Made by a program: the position numbers and the translations under genes | Source of the DNA: Acidobacteria bacterium Mor1 | GTDB taxonomy: Bacteria > Acidobacteriota > Polarisedimenticolia > Polarisedimenticolales > Polarisedimenticolaceae | DNA: 32,000 nucleotides | Direction: 5' to 3' | NCBI GenBank assembly: GCA_001664505.1 | Contig: CP011806.1 | Coordinates: 4,546,332 to 4,578,331, forward strand | Notes under the pieces: model-generated | What the model was told of the DNA's origin: nothing | Database searches by the model: none | Seen by the model: the letters and a program-made list of their open reading frames with translations, nothing else | Shown here: in pieces, positions 24,787 to 32,000 of the stretch | How the letters are laid out: every line of letters starts with the position of its first letter | How positions within the stretch are numbered: the first letter of the stretch is position 1

Positions 24787-27462
24787 ATGGCCACCATCGA
24801 CGAGGCGCCCCAGGACCCGCAGCTGGAACAGCTCGAAAACGAGGAGTGGATCGAGTCCCTGGACTACGTGATCAAGCAGGGGGGCACCGGCCGGGTGCGC
24901 CGGCTGCTGCGTCACCTCCAGCGGCGCGCGGCCGAGTTCGGCATCTCCCTGCCGTACACCGCCAACACCCCCTACGTGAACACCATCCCGCGCCATGCCC
25001 AGCCCCGTTTTCCCGGGAACCGGGCGATCGAGCGCCGGATCAAGAGCATCATCCGTTGGAACGCCATGGCCATGGTCGTGCGGGCCAACCGGGTCGAGAG
25101 CGGTATCGGCGGGCACATCTCGACCTTCGCCTCGGCGGCGACCCTCTACGAGGTGGCGTTCAACCACTTCTTCAAGGGCAAGGACGACCCCAACGGCGGC
25201 GACCTGATCTATTTCCAGGGCCACGCCGCTCCGGGCATCTACGCCCGGGCATTTCTCGAGGGCCGGTTGAGTGTCGAGCAGCTCGAGAACTTCCGCCGCG
25301 AGCTGGCGCCGGGCGGGGGGCTCTCCTCCTACCCGCACCCCTGGCTGATGCCGGGCTTCTGGGAGTTTCCCACGGTCTCCATGGGCCTCGGCCCGATCAT
25401 GGCGATCTATCAGGCGCGCTTCAATCGCTACCTGGAAGACCGCGGTTTGAAGGAGCGCACCGGCAAGGTCTGGGCCTTCCTCGGCGACGGCGAAACCGAC
25501 GAGCCCGAATCTCTCGGAGCCATCAGCCTCGCCGCCCGGGAAGATCTGGACAACCTGGTGTTCGTGATCAACTGCAATCTGCAGCGTCTCGACGGACCGG
25601 TGCGGGGTAACGGCAAGATCGTCCAGGAACTCGAGGCGATCTTCCGCGGCGCCGGCTGGAACGTGATCAAGTGCCTGTGGGGCGACAGCTGGGATCCGCT
25701 GTTCGAGGCGGACGAACACGGCCTGCTGGCCGAGCGGATGGACCACGCCGTCGACGGCGAGTACCAGAACTACAGCGTCAAGGGCGGCGCCTACGTTCGG
25801 GAGAACCTGTTCGGCACCGACCCGCGGCTGAAGCAGATGGTCGATCACCTGACCGACGACGAACTGGCCCGCTTGCGCCGCGGTGGTCACGATCCCGAGA
25901 AGGTCTTCGCCGCCTACAAGGCCGCCATGGACCACACCGGCGCGCCGACGGTCATCCTGGCCAAGACGGTCAAGGGCTACGGTCTCGGCGAAGCGGGTGA
26001 AGGCAAGAACATCACCCACCAGCAGAAGAAGCTCAACGAAGAGGAGCTGCGGGAGTTCCGCGGCCGCTTCGGCATTCCGATTTCCGACGACGAGGTCGGC
26101 GAGGCACCCTTCTACCGCCCGGCCGACGATACGCCCGAGATGGTCTATCTGCGCGAGCGGCGGATGAACCTGGGCGGCTTCGTGCCCTCCCGCCAGGGAG
26201 ACTGCGATCCGATCGATCTGCCCGACGACAAGGTGTTCCAGGGCTTGATCGAAGCCTCCACCGATCGCGAGGCCTCGACCACGATGGTCTTCGTGCGGCT
26301 TCTCGCGCAGCTGCTCAAGGATCCGAAGATCGGCAAGCTCTGCGTGCCGATCGTCCCCGACGAGGCGCGCACCTTCGGAATGGAGTCGATGTTCCGCCAG
26401 GTCGGCATCTACTCCCACTCAGGTCAGAAGTACGAGCCGGTCGACCGCGAGACGCTCCTGTACTACAAGGAAGCCACGGACGGCCAGATCCTGGAGGAGG
26501 GGATCACCGAGGCGGGTTCGATGTCCTCGTTCATCGCCGCCGGCACCTCCTACGCCTCCCACGGCGTGCCGACGATCCCGTTCTTCATTTTCTACTCGAT
26601 GTTCGGCTTCCAGCGGATCGGCGATCTGATCTGGGCCGCCGGCGACATGCGTTGCCGCGGCTTCCTGCTCGGCGCCACCGCCGGCCGCACCACGCTGGCC
26701 GGCGAAGGCCTGCAGCACCAGGACGGTCACAGCCACGTGCTGGCCTCGACCCATCCTCACGTGGTGGCCTACGATCCCGCCTTCGCCTACGAGATCGCGG
26801 TGATCATCCGCGACGGCATCCACCGCATGTATGTCGACGGCGACCCGGTGATCTACTACCTGACCATCGAGAACGAGCAGTACACCATGCCCGCGATGCC
26901 CGAAGGCTGCGAGCAGGGCATCCTCGACGGCATGTACCGGCTGCTGCCCGCAGAAGGCAAGAAGGGCGCGCCGAAGGTCACCCTGCTCGGCAGCGGCGCC
27001 ATCGCCAACGAAACGATCAAGGCCCGGGAGATCCTCGCCGAGAAGTACGGCGTGGCCGCCGAGGTCTGGAGCGTGACCAGCTACCAGCAACTGTTCCGCC
27101 AGGGGCAGGACGCCGACCGCCACAACCGGCTGCATCCGTTGGACCGCCAGCGGGTGCCCTACGTCAACACCGCGCTACAGGGTGCGGAGCTGGTGGTCGC
27201 CGCATCGGACTACAGCAAGCTGATGCCCGAGTCGGTCTCCCGCTGGGTCGACGGCGAGATGATCTGTCTCGGAACCGACGGCTTCGGCCGCAGCGAAGGC
27301 CGCGGTCCGCTGCGCGAGTTCTTCGAGGTCGACGCCCGGCACATCGCTTTCGCGGCGTTGACCGGTCTCCTGGGTCAGAAGAAGATCAAGCCCGAGGTGG
27401 TCAAGCAGGCCATCAAGGATCTCTCCATCGATCCCGACAAGGCGAATCCCCGGCTGGCCTGA
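24787..27462 (+). CDS. aceE: Pyruvate dehydrogenase E1 component (homodimeric AceE type)
   Basis: The 891-aa product reads ...EWIESLDYVIKQGG..R...LL...A...G...P....TPYVNTIP...FQGHAAPGIYARAFLEGRL...GLGP...FLGDGE.DEPES. AAGGAG precedes ATG 24787. Confidence 0.95.
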   Translation: MATIDEAPQDPQLEQLENEEWIESLDYVIKQGGTGRVRRLLRHLQRRAAEFGISLPYTANTPYVNTIPRHAQPRFPGNRAIERRIKSIIRWNAMAMVVRANRVESGIGGHISTFASAATLYEVAFNHFFKGKDDPNGGDLIYFQGHAAPGIYARAFLEGRLSVEQLENFRRELAPGGGLSSYPHPWLMPGFWEFPTVSMGLGPIMAIYQARFNRYLEDRGLKERTGKVWAFLGDGETDEPESLGAISLAAREDLDNLVFVINCNLQRLDGPVRGNGKIVQELEAIFRGAGWNVIKCLWGDSWDPLFEADEHGLLAERMDHAVDGEYQNYSVKGGAYVRENLFGTDPRLKQMVDHLTDDELARLRRGGHDPEKVFAAYKAAMDHTGAPTVILAKTVKGYGLGEAGEGKNITHQQKKLNEEELREFRGRFGIPISDDEVGEAPFYRPADDTPEMVYLRERRMNLGGFVPSRQGDCDPIDLPDDKVFQGLIEASTDREASTTMVFVRLLAQLLKDPKIGKLCVPIVPDEARTFGMESMFRQVGIYSHSGQKYEPVDRETLLYYKEATDGQILEEGITEAGSMSSFIAAGTSYASHGVPTIPFFIFYSMFGFQRIGDLIWAAGDMRCRGFLLGATAGRTTLAGEGLQHQDGHSHVLASTHPHVVAYDPAFAYEIAVIIRDGIHRMYVDGDPVIYYLTIENEQYTMPAMPEGCEQGILDGMYRLLPAEGKKGAPKVTLLGSGAIANETIKAREILAEKYGVAAEVWSVTSYQQLFRQGQDADRHNRLHPLDRQRVPYVNTALQGAELVVAASDYSKLMPESVSRWVDGEMICLGTDGFGRSEGRGPLREFFEVDARHIAFAALTGLLGQKKIKPEVVKQAIKDLSIDPDKANPRLA

Positions 27463-27491
27463 GTCCAGGCACAAAAGGAAGGCACGGACGC

Positions 27492-28829
27492 ATGATCCAA
27501 GAGCTGAAGCTCCCGGAGTTGGGTGAAGGTATCGATAACGTCGAGGTCACCGGCGTGCTGGTGGCGCCGGGGGACACGGTCAAACAGGACCAGCCGGTCC
27601 TGGAGGTCGAGACCGAGAAGGCCAGTCTCGAGGTGCCCTGCCCCTTTGCCGGCACGGTGAAGGAGGTCCGGGTCGAGCCGGGCAGCAAGATCTCGGTCGG
27701 CGCCACGGTGCTGACCGTAGATACCGCTGCCGAGGGTGCGGCGGAAGCTCCGGCTGCGCCGGCGGAATCCGCGGCGCCTGCCGAGACGCCCGCTCCGACC
27801 CCGCCGGCCCCTGCACCGGCTGCCCCGGTCGCCGCTGCAACCGCTCCTGCGGCTGCCGCCACGGCGGCGGCTGCGGCTGAGCCGATGGCCGAAGTGGTCG
27901 AGTTCAACCGAGGTGCCCAGCCGGAAGCGGGGGATCCGCCGCCGGCGGCTCCTTCGGTCCGCCGCGTGGCCCGGGAGCTGGGCGTCGACATTCGCCGGGT
28001 GCCCGGTTCCGGCCCCGCCGGCCGTATCTCGATCGAGGACGTCAAGCAATTCGTCAAACAACAGATGCAGCGTCCTGCGCCGAGCGGCGGCGCCACGATC
28101 ATGGAGCTGCCGGACCAGTCCCGGTTCGGCCCGATCGAGCGGGAGAAGCTCAGCCGGCTGCGCATGTCGGCCGCCGAGAAGCTGACGGCAACCTGGAACG
28201 CCGCGCCCCACGTGACGCAGCACGACCGGGCGGACATCACCGATCTGGAAGCGGCTCGCAGGGCTTTCGGCAAACGGGCCGAGAAGGTCGGCGCCAAGCT
28301 GACGGTCACCGCCATCGCGCTCAAGATCGCCGCCAGCGCGCTCAAGGTCTTCCCTCAGTTCAACGCCTCGCTGGATCTGCAGAACGGTGAGGTGGTGCGC
28401 AAGAAGTACGTGCACCTGGGGGTGGCGGTGGATACCGACCGGGGCTTGCTGGTGCCGGTGATTCGCGACGCCGACCGGAAGAACGCCATCGAACTGGCGG
28501 TGGAGGTCGGCGACCTGGCCAAGCGGGCCCGTGATCGCAAGCTGACGCCCGACGAGATGCAGGGTTCCTGTTTCACCCTGAGCAACCTCGGTGGTCTCGG
28601 GACCACCTACTTCACTCCGATCCTCAACTTCCCCGACGTGGCGATCCTCGGACTGGGACGCGGCGAGGTGCAGGCGGTCTACAAGGACGGCGAATTCGTG
28701 CCCCGCACGATCCTGCCGCTGTCGCTCTCATACGACCATCGCTGGATCGACGGCGCCGATGCCGCGCGCTTCTTGCGCTGGATCGCCGAGGCGTTGGAAA
28801 ACCCGGTTCTCGTCGCGCTGGAGGGCTGA
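27492..28829 (+). CDS. aceF: Dihydrolipoyllysine-residue acetyltransferase (E2) with a single lipoyl domain
   Basis: AAGGAAGG precedes ATG 27492. There is one lipoyl domain (LEVETEKASLEVP). An Ala/Pro-rich linker follows, then the E3-binding domain (PSVRRVARELGVDIRRVPGSGPAGRI) and the catalytic domain ending LSLSYDHRWIDGADAARFL. Confidence 0.9.
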   Translation: MIQELKLPELGEGIDNVEVTGVLVAPGDTVKQDQPVLEVETEKASLEVPCPFAGTVKEVRVEPGSKISVGATVLTVDTAAEGAAEAPAAPAESAAPAETPAPTPPAPAPAAPVAAATAPAAAATAAAAAEPMAEVVEFNRGAQPEAGDPPPAAPSVRRVARELGVDIRRVPGSGPAGRISIEDVKQFVKQQMQRPAPSGGATIMELPDQSRFGPIEREKLSRLRMSAAEKLTATWNAAPHVTQHDRADITDLEAARRAFGKRAEKVGAKLTVTAIALKIAASALKVFPQFNASLDLQNGEVVRKKYVHLGVAVDTDRGLLVPVIRDADRKNAIELAVEVGDLAKRARDRKLTPDEMQGSCFTLSNLGGLGTTYFTPILNFPDVAILGLGRGEVQAVYKDGEFVPRTILPLSLSYDHRWIDGADAARFLRWIAEALENPVLVALEG

Positions 28830-28832
28830 GCC

Positions 28833-30257
28833 GTGGCCGAGACCTCGACGACCCAGCTCGCCGTGATCGGCGGCGGTCCCGGCGGCTATGCCGCGGCGTT
28901 CCTCGCGGCCGATCTCGGTATGGAGGTCACGCTGATCGACCTCGAGGCCAACCCGGGAGGGGTTTGCCTGTACCGCGGCTGCATTCCGTCCAAGGCGCTG
29001 CTGCACGTGGCGAAGCTGCTGGACGAAACCCGCCATGCGGCGGAGTGGGGCATCGAATTCGGCGAGCCACGGATCAAGCTGGCCAAGCTGCGCGCCTTCA
29101 AGGAGCGGGTGGTCGACAAGCTGACCGGCGGCGTCGGCCAGGTGGCCAAGCTGCGCAAGGTCCGTTTCGTCCGCGGCCGGGCGAAACTGCTCGACGCTCA
29201 CCGGGTCGAGATCGATCTGGTCGAGGGCGGACGGGAGACGCTCGAGTTCCAGCACGCGATCCTGGCCACCGGTTCCGAGCCGGCCAAGGTGCCCGGATTC
29301 CCTGAAGATCCCGAACGGATTCTCGATTCCACCGGTGCCCTCGAGCTCAGGGATGTGCCGGAGAAGCTGCTGGTCGTCGGTGGCGGTTACATCGGCCTCG
29401 AACTCGGCAGTGTCTACGCGGCGCTGGGCAGCAAGGTCACCGTCGTCGAGATGATGCCGTCGCTCCTGGCCGGCGCCGATCCCGACCTGGTGCGGCCGTT
29501 GGCCCGCAAGATCGAAGAACGCGTCGACTCGGTGCTGCTCGAGACCCGGGTCGCCGGAATGAAGGTTCAGAAGAATGGCGTCAAGGTCCGCTTCGAGGGA
29601 AAGAACGCCGTCGACGGTGAGAAGCTCTTCGACAAGGTACTGGTCTCCATCGGCCGCAGGCCCAACTCCGCGGGGCTCGGCCTCGAGAGCACGGCGGTGG
29701 TGGTCGACGACCGCGGCTTCGTCCAGGTCGATCAGCAGCTGCGCACCCGGGAGCCCTCGATCTACGCCATCGGCGATCTGGTGGGGCAGCCGATGCTGGC
29801 CCACAAGGCGTCCCACGAAGGGCGTACCGCCGTCGAGGCGATCGCCGGCCACAAGGTAGCCTTCGAACCCGCCGCGATTCCCGCCGTGGTGTTCACCGAC
29901 CCCGAGGTCGCCTGGTGCGGCCTGACCGAAACCGAGGCCAAGGCGCGGGACCGCAAGGTCTCGGTAGCCCGGTTCCCCTGGGCCGCTTCAGGGCGTGCCC
30001 AGACCCTGGACCGCAGCGACGGGGTGACCAAGCTGATCTTCGATCCGGAGACCGAGCGCGTGTTGGGAGTCGGTATCTGCGGTCCCGGCGCCGGTGAATT
30101 GATCGCCGAGGGTGTGCTGGCCGTCGAGATGGCGGCGACCGCCACCGATCTCAAGCTCTCGATCCATCCGCACCCGACCCTGTCGGAGACGGTGATGGAG
30201 TCCGCCGAGGTCTTCTTCGGTCAGAGCACCCACGTCTTCCGGCCGGTCAAGAAGTAG
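28833..30257 (+). CDS. lpdA: Dihydrolipoyl dehydrogenase (E3)
   Basis: GTG 28833 lies 3 nt after the aceF stop. Recognisable elements are the FAD motif VIGGGPGGYAAA, the redox disulfide GGVCLYRGCIPSK, the NAD motif VVGGGYIGLE, and the C-terminal HPHPTLSE. Confidence 0.95.
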   Translation: MAETSTTQLAVIGGGPGGYAAAFLAADLGMEVTLIDLEANPGGVCLYRGCIPSKALLHVAKLLDETRHAAEWGIEFGEPRIKLAKLRAFKERVVDKLTGGVGQVAKLRKVRFVRGRAKLLDAHRVEIDLVEGGRETLEFQHAILATGSEPAKVPGFPEDPERILDSTGALELRDVPEKLLVVGGGYIGLELGSVYAALGSKVTVVEMMPSLLAGADPDLVRPLARKIEERVDSVLLETRVAGMKVQKNGVKVRFEGKNAVDGEKLFDKVLVSIGRRPNSAGLGLESTAVVVDDRGFVQVDQQLRTREPSIYAIGDLVGQPMLAHKASHEGRTAVEAIAGHKVAFEPAAIPAVVFTDPEVAWCGLTETEAKARDRKVSVARFPWAASGRAQTLDRSDGVTKLIFDPETERVLGVGICGPGAGELIAEGVLAVEMAATATDLKLSIHPHPTLSETVMESAEVFFGQSTHVFRPVKK

Positions 30258-30275
30258 CCCGCTGATTTCCCGCGG

Positions 30276-31904
30276 CTAGGAGTCCTGCATCAGCTCGCGA
30301 AGCTGATCTTCCATGCAGGTTTCGCACAGCCCGTGGGTGAAGGTCGCCTCGGAGTTGCGGTCGATGTACGCCTCGACCTGATTCCAGTAGCCGGCCTCGT
30401 CACGGATCTTCTTGCAGACCGCGCAGATCGGAAGCAGCCCTGAGAGCACCTTGATCTGGTCCAGCCGTGCGGCTTTCTCGCGCTCGTGACGAGCCGATTC
30501 TTCGGCGGCGCGGGCGCGCAGGCGCTCCCGGTTGTAGAGCAGCCCGGCGACGATGAGCAGCAGCGTGAAGAGAACCAGCATTACCTGCCGGGTCTGCTGT
30601 TGGCGCTCGAGAACCAGCGCCTGGTAGGCCTCCTTCTGTTCGAGGAGTTCGATCTCCTTCTGCTGCATGTCCAGTTCGAACAGGGTCGTCGCGTCGGCCA
30701 GGCTTGTGGTGCGCTGGGACTCCAGCCGCTGACGCAACAGGGTCTCGTGACGCCGCATGGCATCGAGGGCCGCGTCGCTTCGGCCGAGGGCTTCGTAGGT
30801 CGTGGCCAGTTGGAACACCGCCTCTTCTTCCAGCTTGCGGCGGACCCGGTCGGTCTCGATCCGTTGAATCGTCGCCAGGGTCTGCTCGAGACGGCGAAGC
30901 GAGGCGGCGGCGCCTCCCTGGCTGCGGTCGACCGAGGCCAGCTCGAGTTGCACCGATACTTCTCGTTCCAGGTGCCCTTCGTCGCGCCAGATTTGAAGCG
31001 CCTGTCCAAGGTGATCCCGGGCGGCGTCCAGGTCACCCAGGGCGACGTAGTCCTTGCCGATTGCCGAGATCTGGCGGCCGACCTCGAGTCGCAGGTCGAG
31101 CTTCTGCATCGCCTCGAGTCCGCGGCGGTGTGCCGCGAGCGCTTCGTCAGGTCGGCCGGCCTCACGGTGGACATTCCCCATGTCCAGATCCATCAGGGCA
31201 ACCCGGCGAACGTCATCTCGTTCGAGGAAGACCGCGCGAGCCTGCTCGAGGTAGTGCATCGCGTCGTCGAAGTGGCCTAGTCTGCGGTGCACATCCGCCA
31301 CGTTGGATAGCGCGACGGCGGAACCGAGGGGGAGCCACTTCTCCTCGAAGAAGTTGGAAGCCTCGTGGTAGTAGCGGAGCCCGCGCTCGAGATCGCCGAC
31401 GCGGATCTGGGTCTGTCCCAGGGAGATCAGGAGGCCGCCGAGCTGATAGCGGTCGTTCTCTCGCGAGAGCCGTTCGGTGGCGAGGAACACCTCCAGCGCC
31501 CGGGCCTCGCGGCCGGCGTCGGCGTGGATCTGTCCGACGGCTCGCAGTGCCCGGATCTCGAGCTGGGCGTTTCCCGCGGCCCGGGCGTTCGCGAGATTGA
31601 TCTCGGCCAGTTCGAGGGCCCGGTCGAACCGCCCATCCTCCAGGTAGGCCCAGGCCAGCGAGGCGTTGAGCTTGCGAACGAGCTCGGCATCCGCCGTCTC
31701 CTCGTCGACCAGTTCCATGGCCCGCTCGCCGTAGGCGATCGACTGCATCGGGTCGCTGACGTGGAGTTCGTAGGCCCGCTCGACGAGCTTTGCGAAGCTC
31801 TCGGGATCGGCCGGGGGCGTGGCCGCCGGCGGTTCGGCCGAACTCGAGCTCAGCCAGAACAAGGCTGAAACAGCGAACAGGCAGACGCTCAGCCGGTGGA
31901 CCAT
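30276..31904 (-). CDS. Signal-peptide TPR-repeat protein with one C-terminal TM helix and a cytoplasmic CxxC...H..CxxC tail (putative transmembrane sensor/adaptor)
   Basis: The signal peptide is MVHRLSVCLFAVSALFWLSSSSAEP. About nine TPR-like 40-aa repeats follow. The TM helix VMLVLFTLLLIVAGLLY is encoded at about 30531-30584. After a charged helix comes LLPICAVCKKIRDEAGYWNQVEAYIDRNSEATFTHGLCETC, encoded at about 30279-30437. Confidence 0.7.
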   Translation of the reverse strand: MVHRLSVCLFAVSALFWLSSSSAEPPAATPPADPESFAKLVERAYELHVSDPMQSIAYGERAMELVDEETADAELVRKLNASLAWAYLEDGRFDRALELAEINLANARAAGNAQLEIRALRAVGQIHADAGREARALEVFLATERLSRENDRYQLGGLLISLGQTQIRVGDLERGLRYYHEASNFFEEKWLPLGSAVALSNVADVHRRLGHFDDAMHYLEQARAVFLERDDVRRVALMDLDMGNVHREAGRPDEALAAHRRGLEAMQKLDLRLEVGRQISAIGKDYVALGDLDAARDHLGQALQIWRDEGHLEREVSVQLELASVDRSQGGAAASLRRLEQTLATIQRIETDRVRRKLEEEAVFQLATTYEALGRSDAALDAMRRHETLLRQRLESQRTTSLADATTLFELDMQQKEIELLEQKEAYQALVLERQQQTRQVMLVLFTLLLIVAGLLYNRERLRARAAEESARHEREKAARLDQIKVLSGLLPICAVCKKIRDEAGYWNQVEAYIDRNSEATFTHGLCETCMEDQLRELMQDS

Positions 31905-32000
31905 CCGTCGAGCGTAGTCGAAGCCCCCGGTGCGGCAAAGCCCTTTCGCCCGGCGCTCGCCCCGGCTCAGGTCGCTTTTGAGGTTTTTTGAAACCGCCCG

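Noticed and set aside
27720-27900. Repetitive GC-rich DNA (GCxGCxCC periodicity) inside aceF that could be mistaken for a tandem repeat element
   Set aside because: It encodes the standard Ala/Pro-rich flexible linker between the lipoyl and E3-binding domains of E2 proteins.

Overview
The window is visibly GC-rich and very tightly packed, with about 34 protein-coding genes. Many neighbouring genes are joined by ATGA or GTGA stop/start overlaps. I found no rRNA, tRNA, CRISPR array, transposase or integrase, so it reads as core chromosome of a Gram-negative-type bacterium: Lnt, lipobox lipoproteins and a SahR-type regulator are all present. Housekeeping genes I can recognise are the 3' end of a 2-oxoacid dehydrogenase E1, dusA, folA, lnt, ahcY preceded by a SahR-like ArsR/methyltransferase-fold regulator, a complete aceE-aceF-lpdA pyruvate dehydrogenase operon, and a tricorn-type S41 protease. 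The best candidate for an undescribed system lies at 6270-10327. An NrsF-like (DUF1109) anti-sigma gene leads a minus-strand operon of four ATGA-chained membrane genes. One of these fuses a ferric-reductase-like, His-rich 6-TM domain to a Rieske [2Fe-2S] domain. Another is a TM-anchored exported protein with a Cys/His motif I do not recognise. A doxX gene and an ECF sigma factor gene are transcribed divergently from the same 140-bp control region. Other points worth a second look: (1) a tandem pair of paralogous polytopic membrane proteins whose overlap codes in two frames; (2) a translationally coupled EEP-Rieske-DusA operon; (3) an NRDE (TANGO2-like) gene coupled to a hotdog thioesterase in the folA operon; (4) an exported TPR protein with one TM helix and a cytoplasmic CxxC...H..CxxC tail; (5) a near-consensus sigma70 promoter overlapped by a palindrome at the sahR start. 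All functional calls come from reading the translations by eye. No database search was run.
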